Positions 45,793-53,844 of a stretch of DNA of 64,000 bases are shown here, piece by piece (position 1 is the stretch's first letter; each line of letters opens with the position of its first letter). The notes beneath the pieces were generated by a model. That model was not told the origin of the DNA, ran no database searches, and saw nothing but the letters and a program-made list of their open reading frames with translations. A program made the position numbers and the translations under genes. The stretch is from an uncultured Elusimicrobia bacterium. GTDB taxonomy: Bacteria; Elusimicrobiota; Elusimicrobia; Elusimicrobiales; UBA9959. The stretch is taken from assembly GCA_903879915.1 (NCBI GenBank), contig CAIRNJ010000060.1, forward strand, positions 12,412 to 76,411, in the 5' to 3' direction.

Positions 45793-46535
45793 TTGTCCTG
45801 CCGCCCCGGCTTCCAGGAGAAGCGGCGCTCCACGCGCACTATGGCCTCGTTCATCAGGTAGCCGGTGGCGCCTATGGTTATCATGCCGCACATGACGTTA
45901 GGAATGTTCATCATGGACCGGTTCATCTCTATCATGTACCCGAGCCCCGAGGTGGAAGCTATCAGTTCGGCCGCGATCACGCTCATCCAGGCGAAGCCCA
46001 GGCTTATACGCAGGCCGGTCACTATAAAAGGGAGGGCCGAAGGTATGGCCACATCGAACAGCAGCATTTTTCTGTCCGCGCCCAGCGTTCGCGCGGCGTT
46101 CAGGTGTATCTCCTCGATGTGGCGCACGCCGGAAAAAGTGTGAAGGAAAAGCGGAAAAAAAGCGGCTATAAAAGTTATGAAGTTGCTGGCCCCGTTGCCT
46201 TTTATCCCGAACCAGAGTATGGCCAGCGGGATCCAGGCTATGGGCGGCACCGGCCGCAGCAGTTCGATGACCGGCAGCAGATAAGCGCGGACCCCGGCGC
46301 GGGACGCGGCCAGTACCCCCAGCGGAACGGCGGCCGCGAAACCCAGCGCCAGGCCGGTCAGCACCCTCCGGAGGCTGGCCGCCAGGTATATAAAGAGTAT
46401 GCCCCCCTGCGCCGCATCCTTGAAGGCGTAAAGCACCTTGGTCGGCGGCGGCAGCAGGTAGGGGTTCAGCCAGCCCAGCAGGCTCGCGGCCTGCCAGGCC
46501 GCGGCTATCAGAATTACAGAAACGAGTCCTTTCAC
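45789..46535 (-). CDS. ABC transporter permease (SsuC/TauC-like, BPD_transp_1)
   Basis: 248 aa with about 6 TM segments and the EAA-like loop NAARTLGADRKMLLFDVAIPSALP. Confidence 0.85.
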   Translation of the reverse strand: MKGLVSVILIAAAWQAASLLGWLNPYLLPPPTKVLYAFKDAAQGGILFIYLAASLRRVLTGLALGFAAAVPLGVLAASRAGVRAYLLPVIELLRPVPPIAWIPLAILWFGIKGNGASNFITFIAAFFPLFLHTFSGVRHIEEIHLNAARTLGADRKMLLFDVAIPSALPFIVTGLRISLGFAWMSVIAAELIASTSGLGYMIEMNRSMMNIPNVMCGMITIGATGYLMNEAIVRVERRFSWKPGRQDK

Positions 46536-47545
46536 TTTTCCTTTACCGAAACCGCCGCCGGGTCGAACTTGCCGGCCAGAGCTTTTTCGCGGGCGGTCTT
46601 AGCGAAGCTCGGGTCAACGTTCTCCAGGACCGGCGACTTTTCCTTCAGCAGCCCGCTCGCGAGGTTGAAGTCGGCTATCTGCTGCAGGCGGGTCAGCAGG
46701 TCTTTCGCGGGGGCAAGGTTAATATCCTTTAATTTTTTCGCTCTGGCATAGGAGGTATTGAAAGCGGAACCTTTGTCGATTATCTCCGCCGATACCCCCA
46801 TGGTCTTGGCCAGCCAGCCGTTGGCCAGGGCGTGATTTTTCGCCATGTACAGCACGGCCTGCTGCAGCGCCGCCAGGAAGTTCACCGCGGCGGCGGGCTC
46901 GTTCTTCAGGAACTCCGCGGACACCACCGTGGTGGTAAAGAACGACGGGCTGTAGTCCAGCATGCGGGCGGCTTTCTTCTCGATAAAATCCTCTACGAAC
47001 GGGTCCCAGATAACTATCGCGTCGATGTCGCCTTTCATCAGCGCCGCGCGGCCCTCGGCCGCCGCCATGTGCACCAGCTTCACATCCTTATCCGGCGTAA
47101 GGCCGGCCTTGAGCAGCCACTGCACGGCCGGGTAATGAGCCGAAGTGCCGAACACCGTGGTCACGGTCTTGCCTTTGAGGTCCGAAACTTTATTTAGCGG
47201 CGAGCCCTCGCGCACCATTACAGCTATGCGTCCCGCCGGGCCCAGCGTGGCTATAACCTTGCACGGGAACTTGGCCGCGAGGTTCACGAAGTTGGCCTCG
47301 CTGGTCAGCGCTACGTCTATTTTCCCGGCCAGCAGGGCTTCCTGCATCTGCGAGCCGTAAAGGAACGGCGTCACCTCGGCGTCCAGCCCGTTCTTCGCCA
47401 GGATGTCCGTATTGGCCAGCACTGTCCCTACCTGCCCGTTTATCAGCGCTCCGGCGGACGGATACCCTATGCGTATGTGGTTATTCTCGGCGCCGGCGGC
47501 GGCGCAGCAGGCCGCCAGCAGAAATACCGAAAAAAAATTCTTCAT
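46532..47545 (-). CDS. ABC substrate-binding protein, NMT1/SsuA/TauA-like
   Basis: Signal peptide and IRIGYPSAGALINGQ. Coupled to the permease by a 4-nt overlap. Confidence 0.75.
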   Translation of the reverse strand: MKNFFSVFLLAACCAAAGAENNHIRIGYPSAGALINGQVGTVLANTDILAKNGLDAEVTPFLYGSQMQEALLAGKIDVALTSEANFVNLAAKFPCKVIATLGPAGRIAVMVREGSPLNKVSDLKGKTVTTVFGTSAHYPAVQWLLKAGLTPDKDVKLVHMAAAEGRAALMKGDIDAIVIWDPFVEDFIEKKAARMLDYSPSFFTTTVVSAEFLKNEPAAAVNFLAALQQAVLYMAKNHALANGWLAKTMGVSAEIIDKGSAFNTSYARAKKLKDINLAPAKDLLTRLQQIADFNLASGLLKEKSPVLENVDPSFAKTAREKALAGKFDPAAVSVKEK

Positions 47546-47576
47546 AGAAAAAATCTCCCGTTAATTCAGCCCCCGG

Positions 47577-48608
47577 CTAAAAGGTCATAGCCAGAACGGT
47601 TTCGAAGGTATTGCAGACTATGCCGCCTTTTACCCAGTATTTCCACTCGTAATTGGTCTGCAGCTTCATGTTGTCCGCGAAATTCCAGTTCACGCCTACT
47701 ACGGAAATGGCCGATTTCTTGACGGTGGAAGCGTATTTATAATCCCTGTCGCTGGATCGCTCGATGTCCGGGTCGTAGACGTCGTATTTAGCCACCGCCT
47801 GCAGCACCTTGGGCACCACGAAGAAAGCGGCCTGCGCGTACCAGCCTTCCGCGTTGGCCGGGCGGACATTGTTCAGGGAATTGGCCTTGCCGCGCACGTA
47901 TTCGCCTTTCAGGTAAGCCCGGCCCCAGGTAACAGAAAGCTCGGTGCCCAGGCGGGTGGTGGCGGTGGCGGTGGAAAACCGGGTGCCGTCGTAATACGAG
48001 GCGCCGAAGCTGATGGCCGCGGAGGGATTGAAGACGCCGCGCAGGGCCAGGCCCTTGCGGTGGTTCTTATCGGCGGCGTTCGCGCCTTCACCGTTGAACT
48101 GGCCCACCGTTATTTCCGCCAGTTTTTTCAGCTGCCAGGGCGAAGCGGTAAGCTGCAGCGAGGCGCCGATATCGCGGCCTTTCGTGTCCGGCCGCGCCGG
48201 CGTCAGCGCGTTAACAACCTGCGAGCGGTTGACCGTGTCCAGGTCGGAGTCACCCGCCAGGTGTTCCATGCTGAACGGCACTTTGAACTGGCCCGCGCGG
48301 AATTTAAAAGCGAACGCTTTAGGCAGGACGTTCTCCCGGCTGAAATCCAGGTAGGCGTCCAGCAGGGCGGGCTGCTGGCTGGCGTCCAGCTGGAAGCTGT
48401 AGGCCCAGTCGGTGTTCGGCTTGCCGGAGAAAACTATGCGGGCCAGGCGCATGGAAAAAGAGTCCGGCGTCTTGTCGCTCACTGCGCTGTACATCTCCTG
48501 CATATAAAGCTTTACTTCCGTTTTTTTCTCTTCGGCGCGCGCGCTGCCCGCCATAAATCCGTATGCCGCAACAACAACCGCCATTAGCCGAACGAACTTG
48601 CTTTCCAT
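47577..48608 (-). CDS. Anion-selective porin, phosphate-selective porin O/P family-like
   Basis: Signal peptide; FSMRLARIVFSGKPNTDWAYSFQLD (the family's typical RxRxxxxG...W.Y motif); C-terminal ...TVLAMTF. Confidence 0.6.
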   Translation of the reverse strand: MESKFVRLMAVVVAAYGFMAGSARAEEKKTEVKLYMQEMYSAVSDKTPDSFSMRLARIVFSGKPNTDWAYSFQLDASQQPALLDAYLDFSRENVLPKAFAFKFRAGQFKVPFSMEHLAGDSDLDTVNRSQVVNALTPARPDTKGRDIGASLQLTASPWQLKKLAEITVGQFNGEGANAADKNHRKGLALRGVFNPSAAISFGASYYDGTRFSTATATTRLGTELSVTWGRAYLKGEYVRGKANSLNNVRPANAEGWYAQAAFFVVPKVLQAVAKYDVYDPDIERSSDRDYKYASTVKKSAISVVGVNWNFADNMKLQTNYEWKYWVKGGIVCNTFETVLAMTF

Positions 48609-49285
48609 TATTTTCCCTTTGATCCGGCCGAAACTTTATCGTCGATGCCGCCTGACAGGGTGCCAGCACATCTTATTTTATCAAATTCCCTGAGCGCGGA
48701 CTCCTGGTCGAAGTCCTTCTTGGGAAAGAACAGTTCGATCTGCGCGAGCAGGGAATTTTTTTCGCAGTAAACGTAGCCCAGCAGCCCCCGGCGGCTTATC
48801 AGGTCCTCGGAGCCGGCCCCGTACGCCATGCTGGGAGTGGCGGCAAGGACCTTAACTTTGTTTTCACCGGGGCCGGTCCGGAGGTCCCTGGGCCGCAGCT
48901 GCGGCGGCACCTCGAATTCGGTAGTTATCATGCCGGGATAGGCCGCGCCGCCGGCATACAGCGCGTCTATACGGAGAAAACGCTCGGCCATGGTCTTTTC
49001 AGCCTGCGCGCGGCTGATATTTTTCGTCAGTTCCAGACGGAGCCGCACCGCGCCGGCGCCGGTATCCAGCGTCCGGAAGGCCGGCAGCGCGCCGCGCCAG
49101 TCCCCGCGCCGGTAATCTTTGGAAACGCTGAAAGCTCTGGTGCCGGCATACTCCAGCCCCGCCGCGGCCAGCGCGGCTTTGAAAGGGCGGGCGCCGCCTG
49201 AACCGGCGGCCGCCGGGCAGGCCGGCACCGCGGCCAGCAGGACCAGCATGACCAGCAGGAATAGTTTACGGCTCGAAGATCTCAT
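48608..49285 (-). CDS. Exported hypothetical protein (possible lipoprotein)
   Basis: LFLLVMLVLLAAVPAC signal sequence. No recognisable domain. Overlaps both neighbours. Confidence 0.5.
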   Translation of the reverse strand: MRSSSRKLFLLVMLVLLAAVPACPAAAGSGGARPFKAALAAAGLEYAGTRAFSVSKDYRRGDWRGALPAFRTLDTGAGAVRLRLELTKNISRAQAEKTMAERFLRIDALYAGGAAYPGMITTEFEVPPQLRPRDLRTGPGENKVKVLAATPSMAYGAGSEDLISRRGLLGYVYCEKNSLLAQIELFFPKKDFDQESALREFDKIRCAGTLSGGIDDKVSAGSKGK

Positions 49286-51245
49286 TTATAACTTTGCCCT
49301 GCATGTAGCCGGGGACCGGGACGCCGGTAAGCTTCAGCAGCGTAGGCAGCTGGTCGGCGTTGCTGATATTGCGCTTCAGCCTGTAGCCTTTTTTTACTCC
49401 GGGCCCCATTACTATGAAAGGCGTCCACAGCGCGGAGTTCTTTTCGGCCAGCAGCGCCTGTTTATAACCGCCTTCGCGGGCGTCGCGGAACACCGGCAGC
49501 CCAGCGGACATTTCCTCCGTCAGACCGTAACCGGGCTTCATCACCAGCAGCAGGTCCGGCACGCGGTCTTTGGGCATCCTGAGCCCGCCGGCGTCCTCCC
49601 AGTTCACAACGCGCTCTATCGGCGCCGCGGCGCCGTCCCGCAGGCCCAGCAACATTTTCTTCACCTTCCCGCGAAGGGCGTTATATTCCGGCCCGCCGCC
49701 GCGCCGCCACTGCCCGGCCAGGCCGTCGGGGCGCAGGTAAACGCCTATCATTTTAAGATGCGCCACTTTCGTTCCGGCCCAGTCTATGGCCGGCGCGCCG
49801 GTAGCCGGGTTGGTGCTGAAACTCAAAAGCCCTTCTTTCGCGAACAGATCGTTCAGCATGACGTAGCGGTTCAGCGGGGCTATACCGTGGTCGGAACTGA
49901 GCACTATCAAAGAATTACCGCCCGCGCTTTTCATCGCCTCGCCCAGCACCGCGTCCAGGCGCCGGTACATCTCTTCCAGGTCGGCCAGGGCCGCGGCCCG
50001 CTCGCCCGGGGAGGCGGCGGCGTAGCGCGAACTGTTCCTGTCCACGTAAGGCAGCCACCAGCGGCTTTCCAGCATCTGGTTGGGCGTGTAGGTGTCCTGA
50101 ATAAAAACGTCTGGCTTCAGAGTGGAATAGATGAACGGCACCAGCGCCCGGTGCCAGTCCAGCGCCATCTTCGCCTCGGAGAAGAAAGTGTTCTTTTCCT
50201 CCGGCGAATTGTTCAGCTGGGCCGGCCAGTTGTCGGGGAAATCCACCATCGGGCCCAGCGCCTTTTCCATGGCCGGCACGGCGTCGGCCGGCTCCACGGT
50301 GGTGCGATTCATGGGGTCGAACAACAGCCGGGCCTTCATGGCGCCGGAAGGCGCGAGGCGTATCAGCGAAACCTTAAGGCTGGACTCCAGCGGCTGGGTT
50401 CCCCACGCCAGGCTTACCGGGGTCCACCCGCTCCAGGAATCCGGCCGGCCGAGGTCGGCGATGGCCGACTCTTTGTCGAAAGAGAACAGCGCGCCGGAGT
50501 AATTTTCGGCCTGGTCGTCGGTGCTGTCGTAAATATAGGCGTAGACGGTGGTGCCGTAGGCGGCCAGCTCCGCCTCGAGGGGCGGAGAGTAGGAGACCGG
50601 CGAGGCCTTCCAGCCCCGCGCCGGAGCCGTTCTTACCTGGCGCGTCAGCTGCGGGCCCATGAAGAAAAGCCGCGCGGAATCCCCGGCCGGGGGGCGGGCG
50701 TCAGCCGACGCTTCGAAATTTATCGCCCAGAAATCAGAGCCCCAGGAACCCCAGCGGCCGCGTATGGTCAGCCCCGACGACATTTCCGGCGGCGTAGAGC
50801 CGGGCACCGAGACCACGGCCACGGTACGGCCCGCGTCCTCGAAAAGTTTCCAGGCCGGCGGCACTTTCTTGGCGCTGGAGGAGAAGCCCGAGATGGACGG
50901 CTTGGCCAGCCCGTAGCCTTCCAACCGCATCTGCCCGTCGGCCACGCCGTGCAGTTCGGGATAGCAGCCCGTCATCAGCGTGGCGAAGTTAACCGGGGTA
51001 TGGGAAGGATAGACCGGCATGGAATAGCCGTAGGAACCGTTCTCCATCATCCTGCGTATATTAGGATATTCCCCCTCCGCCGCCAGTTCAAAAACATCTT
51101 TTCCGCCCAGGTCCGCCCTCATCCCGTCGGGCACGAACCAGTAAAGGCCGGCGTTCTTTTCGCCGCAGTAAGCGGAGGTCCCCGCCGCCGCCAGCAGCAA
51201 CAGGGCCAGGAGCCGGACCGCCCCAGGGATTTCAGCGCGTCTCAT
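49266..51245 (-). CDS. Secreted nucleotide pyrophosphatase/phosphodiesterase-type (AP superfamily) protein
   Basis: Signal peptide; YWFVPDGMRADL; YPSHTPVNFATLMTGCYPELHG (Thr nucleophile); VLSSDHGI. Confidence 0.75.
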   Translation of the reverse strand: MRRAEIPGAVRLLALLLLAAAGTSAYCGEKNAGLYWFVPDGMRADLGGKDVFELAAEGEYPNIRRMMENGSYGYSMPVYPSHTPVNFATLMTGCYPELHGVADGQMRLEGYGLAKPSISGFSSSAKKVPPAWKLFEDAGRTVAVVSVPGSTPPEMSSGLTIRGRWGSWGSDFWAINFEASADARPPAGDSARLFFMGPQLTRQVRTAPARGWKASPVSYSPPLEAELAAYGTTVYAYIYDSTDDQAENYSGALFSFDKESAIADLGRPDSWSGWTPVSLAWGTQPLESSLKVSLIRLAPSGAMKARLLFDPMNRTTVEPADAVPAMEKALGPMVDFPDNWPAQLNNSPEEKNTFFSEAKMALDWHRALVPFIYSTLKPDVFIQDTYTPNQMLESRWWLPYVDRNSSRYAAASPGERAAALADLEEMYRRLDAVLGEAMKSAGGNSLIVLSSDHGIAPLNRYVMLNDLFAKEGLLSFSTNPATGAPAIDWAGTKVAHLKMIGVYLRPDGLAGQWRRGGGPEYNALRGKVKKMLLGLRDGAAAPIERVVNWEDAGGLRMPKDRVPDLLLVMKPGYGLTEEMSAGLPVFRDAREGGYKQALLAEKNSALWTPFIVMGPGVKKGYRLKRNISNADQLPTLLKLTGVPVPGYMQGKVINEIFEP

Positions 51246-52651
51246 GACACGGCCTCTTTTTCCCGGGTAAGCTCCCAGATCCTGTGGAAAAAGTCCCTGA
51301 GCAGGCCTTCGCCGAGCCCGGTCATGTTCACTATCTTGTCGTCGTTGTCCCCCACCCGCCGCGCGGAAAGCTCGCGCAAAAATCCTACGGTATCGGCTAT
51401 CCTGCCCGTTCTCAGCGCGTCCGCGTACAGAGCAGTGCCGGGAAAAGGCACCAGGTATTTCACCAGCGGGATAAAGTCGCCTTTGCGGATGAAGTCCAGC
51501 ATGCCTTTAAGCGAATTTTTCGTCTCGCCCGGCAGCCCGACTATGAACAGCCCCCGCGCCTGCAGGCCGGCCCCCGCCGCGGCCGCCAGCGCGGCGTCTA
51601 TCTGGGCGATGGTGGTGCCCTTGCGGCTGAGGTTCAGCACGGCCTGGTCATAGGATTCGATGCCGAACCAGACACCCTGGCACCCGGTCCGTTTTAATTT
51701 TTCCGCGAAAGCGGCGCTGACGCCCGTGACCCTGGCGAAACAATGGTATTTCACCCCGTGCCTGCGGAGTATGCCGCAGACGGCCATCGCGCGCGGCGCG
51801 TCGGCGTTGAAAGTCAGGTCGTTGAGCCAGGTATAGCCGAAGTTCGTGGTCTCTTTAAGATGCGCCACCTCGAGCTCGAACCTTTCAAGGCTCTTAACCC
51901 TTAACGCGGGGATGGTCTTGTAGCAGAAGGAGCAGGCGCAGGGGCAGCCCCTCGACGAGGAAATTATTATCTGGCCCGCTTTAACTATTTCTTCGTAGTT
52001 CGGCCAGACCGTGTAATCGGGAAAAGGCAGGTTATCCAGGTCCTGTATCTGCGGCCGGGGCGCCGTGAGTTTTACGCCGGCGGCGGTCTTCAGGGCCATG
52101 CCCTTTATGCCGGACAGGTCGTTCTGCCCGCGTTCCAGTACGGCGTCAAGGAACTCTATCAGCGTCAGCTCGGCCTCGCCCAGCACGGCGCAGTGGGCGG
52201 CGGTGCTGTCCAGCAGCAGTTCGGGCAGCGACGAGACCAGCGGCCCGCCCAGGAAGACCAGCCTTTCCGGGCGGGCCTGCTTGAGCGCTTTCGTCAGCGC
52301 CTGCAGAAAGATGAAAGAGTCGCAGTAGGTGGCGATCCCGACGATATCGGCGGCGGCCAGTTCTTTTACGGCCCGGCCGGTGTTTTCTCCGCCCGCCGGC
52401 CGGCAGTCCAGCACTTTAAGGGTATAGCCGAGCTTTTTAATTAAGGTCGCCACCGCGGTAAAGCCTTCGAAAGGTCCGCTTATCAGGAATTCCCGGCCGG
52501 GAGTAGGGAGCTGCGGAGAGGGCGGAATTACCAGCGCCACCGTTTTTCCGCGGGCCGCGCGGCCGCTCTTCCCGGCCAGGCCGGCCAGGACGCGTTCGCA
52601 GGGGTCGGCCGGGCCAGCGCAGGACAGCGTTCCATTCACATGCCGCGTCAT
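51242..52651 (-). CDS. B12-binding-domain radical SAM protein (paralogue of 43391-44929)
   Basis: IVGIATYCDS...VFLGGPLVS and SSSRGCPCACSFCYK. N-terminal VALVIPPSPQLPTPG...GPFEG matches VALVVPPSPFTVPRG...RPFEG in the paralogue. Confidence 0.85.
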   Translation of the reverse strand: MTRHVNGTLSCAGPADPCERVLAGLAGKSGRAARGKTVALVIPPSPQLPTPGREFLISGPFEGFTAVATLIKKLGYTLKVLDCRPAGGENTGRAVKELAAADIVGIATYCDSFIFLQALTKALKQARPERLVFLGGPLVSSLPELLLDSTAAHCAVLGEAELTLIEFLDAVLERGQNDLSGIKGMALKTAAGVKLTAPRPQIQDLDNLPFPDYTVWPNYEEIVKAGQIIISSSRGCPCACSFCYKTIPALRVKSLERFELEVAHLKETTNFGYTWLNDLTFNADAPRAMAVCGILRRHGVKYHCFARVTGVSAAFAEKLKRTGCQGVWFGIESYDQAVLNLSRKGTTIAQIDAALAAAAGAGLQARGLFIVGLPGETKNSLKGMLDFIRKGDFIPLVKYLVPFPGTALYADALRTGRIADTVGFLRELSARRVGDNDDKIVNMTGLGEGLLRDFFHRIWELTREKEAVS

Positions 52652-52654
52652 TTC

Positions 52655-53329
52655 TCAGTATTTAATTATCTGGTAGCCGTCGTTCAGGAAAGAAGCGATG
52701 TCGACGGGAACGGAGGGATCTTCTGAAAGCGGCAGCCCTTTCGCCTTAAGCCCGCTGTATACTCCCAGTTGAGTGGCTGACAGCGCGCATAGCGTGAACG
52801 GGATCTTCGCGGCCGTAAAATCCGCCAGAAGGCGCCAGCCGGCCTCTCCGGCGGCGCCGGAGATCCTGACCGGCTTCTCCCCCTTCCCGGCCGGCAGGGA
52901 GAACATATGCGGTCTTTCAGGCAGTATGGCGAGATTGGGGACCATGGAGGAAACGTACACGCCGTCCACCAAAGTCTTCTGACAGATCATTCCCTCTACG
53001 ACCCCGCCCAGGCATTCAGTGGAAATGAGCACGGCAGCCTCCGCCGCGCGCGACGCCCCCAGGATAGCCATAGTCCTTTCGGGTTTCAAATATGCGCCGA
53101 AGCCGTCCTTGCCCAGGAAATAGACCACGGCTTCCCCCTGAAAGACAGCCCGCACGTCCAGGCCGGCCTTCTGCAGTTCCATGCCGCGCCAAAGAGCCAT
53201 ACTGAAACCGAACCGGTCGTCCGTCCTGGACTGTACGATCAAAAGGACCTTCTTACGGCCCTCCTGGGAAAAAGCATGGGAAGAAAAAAGCGCAAGGACC
53301 GCGAAAGCGATAAATATTTTCTTAAGCAT
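52655..53329 (-). CDS. Exported DsrE/DsrF-fold-like protein (tentative)
   Basis: Signal peptide MLKKIFIAFAVLALFSSHAFS, KVLLIVQSRTDDRFGFSMAL...VRAVFQGEAVVYF, and IPFTLCALSATQLG. Start moved to the ATG at 53327-53329. The longer ORF's ARLPRF-repeat N-terminus is an antisense reading of the neighbouring repeat. Confidence 0.35.
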   Translation of the reverse strand: MLKKIFIAFAVLALFSSHAFSQEGRKKVLLIVQSRTDDRFGFSMALWRGMELQKAGLDVRAVFQGEAVVYFLGKDGFGAYLKPERTMAILGASRAAEAAVLISTECLGGVVEGMICQKTLVDGVYVSSMVPNLAILPERPHMFSLPAGKGEKPVRISGAAGEAGWRLLADFTAAKIPFTLCALSATQLGVYSGLKAKGLPLSEDPSVPVDIASFLNDGYQIIKY

Positions 53330-53346
53330 TGTCCGCCATCCTGTTT

Positions 53347-53658
53347 TTAGTATGAGCCGTGGGAACCGTGCGAGCCGTGGGAGCCGTGCGAACCGTGGGA
53401 ACCGTGGGAGCCGTGCGAGCCGTGGGAACCGTGGGAGCCGTGCGAGCCGTGGGAGCCGTGCGAGGAATGAGAGCCGTGCGAAGAATGGGAACACGCGGCT
53501 TCGGAGGATTTAACGGAGACCAGCAGCGCGGCCAGCCCCATGCCCAGGCCGATGGAGGTGCCGGCCATCATGTTTATCTTCTTTTTGGTTATCCGGCCTT
53601 CTTCGCTGACCAGGAATTTTTGAAGGCTTTTTTTAAACTCCGGAAGTTTTTCCGCCAT
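53347..53658 (-). CDS. His-Xaa-Ser repeat protein (HxsA-like): charged N-region, hydrophobic segment, then 15 x H-(G/S)-S
   Basis: MAEKLPEFKKSLQKFLVSEEGRITKKKINMMAGTSIGLGMGLAALLVSVKSSEAAC-S-(HSS,HGS,HSS,HGS x12)-Y. RBS AAGGGG lies upstream of the ATG. The gene is preceded by a 186-nt AT-rich spacer. Confidence 0.85.
   Translation of the reverse strand: MAEKLPEFKKSLQKFLVSEEGRITKKKINMMAGTSIGLGMGLAALLVSVKSSEAACSHSSHGSHSSHGSHGSHGSHGSHGSHGSHGSHGSHGSHGSHGSHGSY
53353..53490 (-). repeat. Tandem 9-nt coding repeat (15 units) encoding Ser-His-Gly/Ser
   Basis: Units gccgtggga, gccgtgcga and accgtggga alternate. Ser codons TCC/TCG/TCT/TCA and Gly codons GGC/GGT vary between units. Confidence 0.95.
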
Positions 53659-53742
53659 AACCTGCCCCTTTTACCCTGCCCGGCCGCTGCCGCTTTCCGG
53701 CTTTTTCCCCATAAAAATAGCCGGGCCTCCGGCTGAAGCCCA

Positions 53743-53784
53743 ATTATATACATATTGTATACCATTTCCCCGCGGATTCCGCAA
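53743..53784 (-). promoter_or_regulatory. Candidate sigma70-type promoter for the His-Xaa-Ser gene string
   Basis: Minus strand reads TTGCGG (53784-53779), then 17 nt, then TATACA/TACAAT, then a perfect TATAAT (53748-53743). An 11-nt palindrome GCGGAATCCGC overlaps the -35 element. This is the only sizeable spacer in about 14 kb of co-directional genes. Confidence 0.4.
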
Positions 53785-53844
53785 TGGCCCGCCCCCCGGG
53801 AAAATACGCCCGGCCGGCCGCCGCAAAGCCCGGAATAAAAAAGG

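Noticed and set aside
49119-51653. 844-aa plus-strand ORF, and similar long ORFs at 19776-21452 (+), 22827-24332 (+), 29982-30992 (+), 40073-41428 (-) and 60801-62552 (-)
   Set aside because: All lie antisense or out of frame to genes with clear family motifs (NPP, B12 radical SAM, NifH-like, HemN-like, sulfatase-fold, carbamoyltransferase). They have Arg/Gly/Ala/Pro-dominated low-information composition, so they are high-GC artefacts.
53353-53490. Tandem repeat as a CRISPR array or non-coding microsatellite
   Set aside because: The units are 9 nt with no spacers, are in frame within an ORF, and differ mainly at synonymous positions. It is a coding repeat, not a CRISPR array.
53330-53494. 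N-terminal (F)ARLPR(L/F) repeat extension of the ORF 52655-53494, and the plus-strand ORF 53359-53736 with VGAVRAVGT repeats
   Set aside because: Both are alternative-frame or antisense readings of the 9-nt His-Gly-Ser coding repeat. The His-Xaa-Ser frame has an RBS, a signal-like N-terminus and a known family precedent. The DsrE-like gene has its own Met plus signal peptide at 53329.
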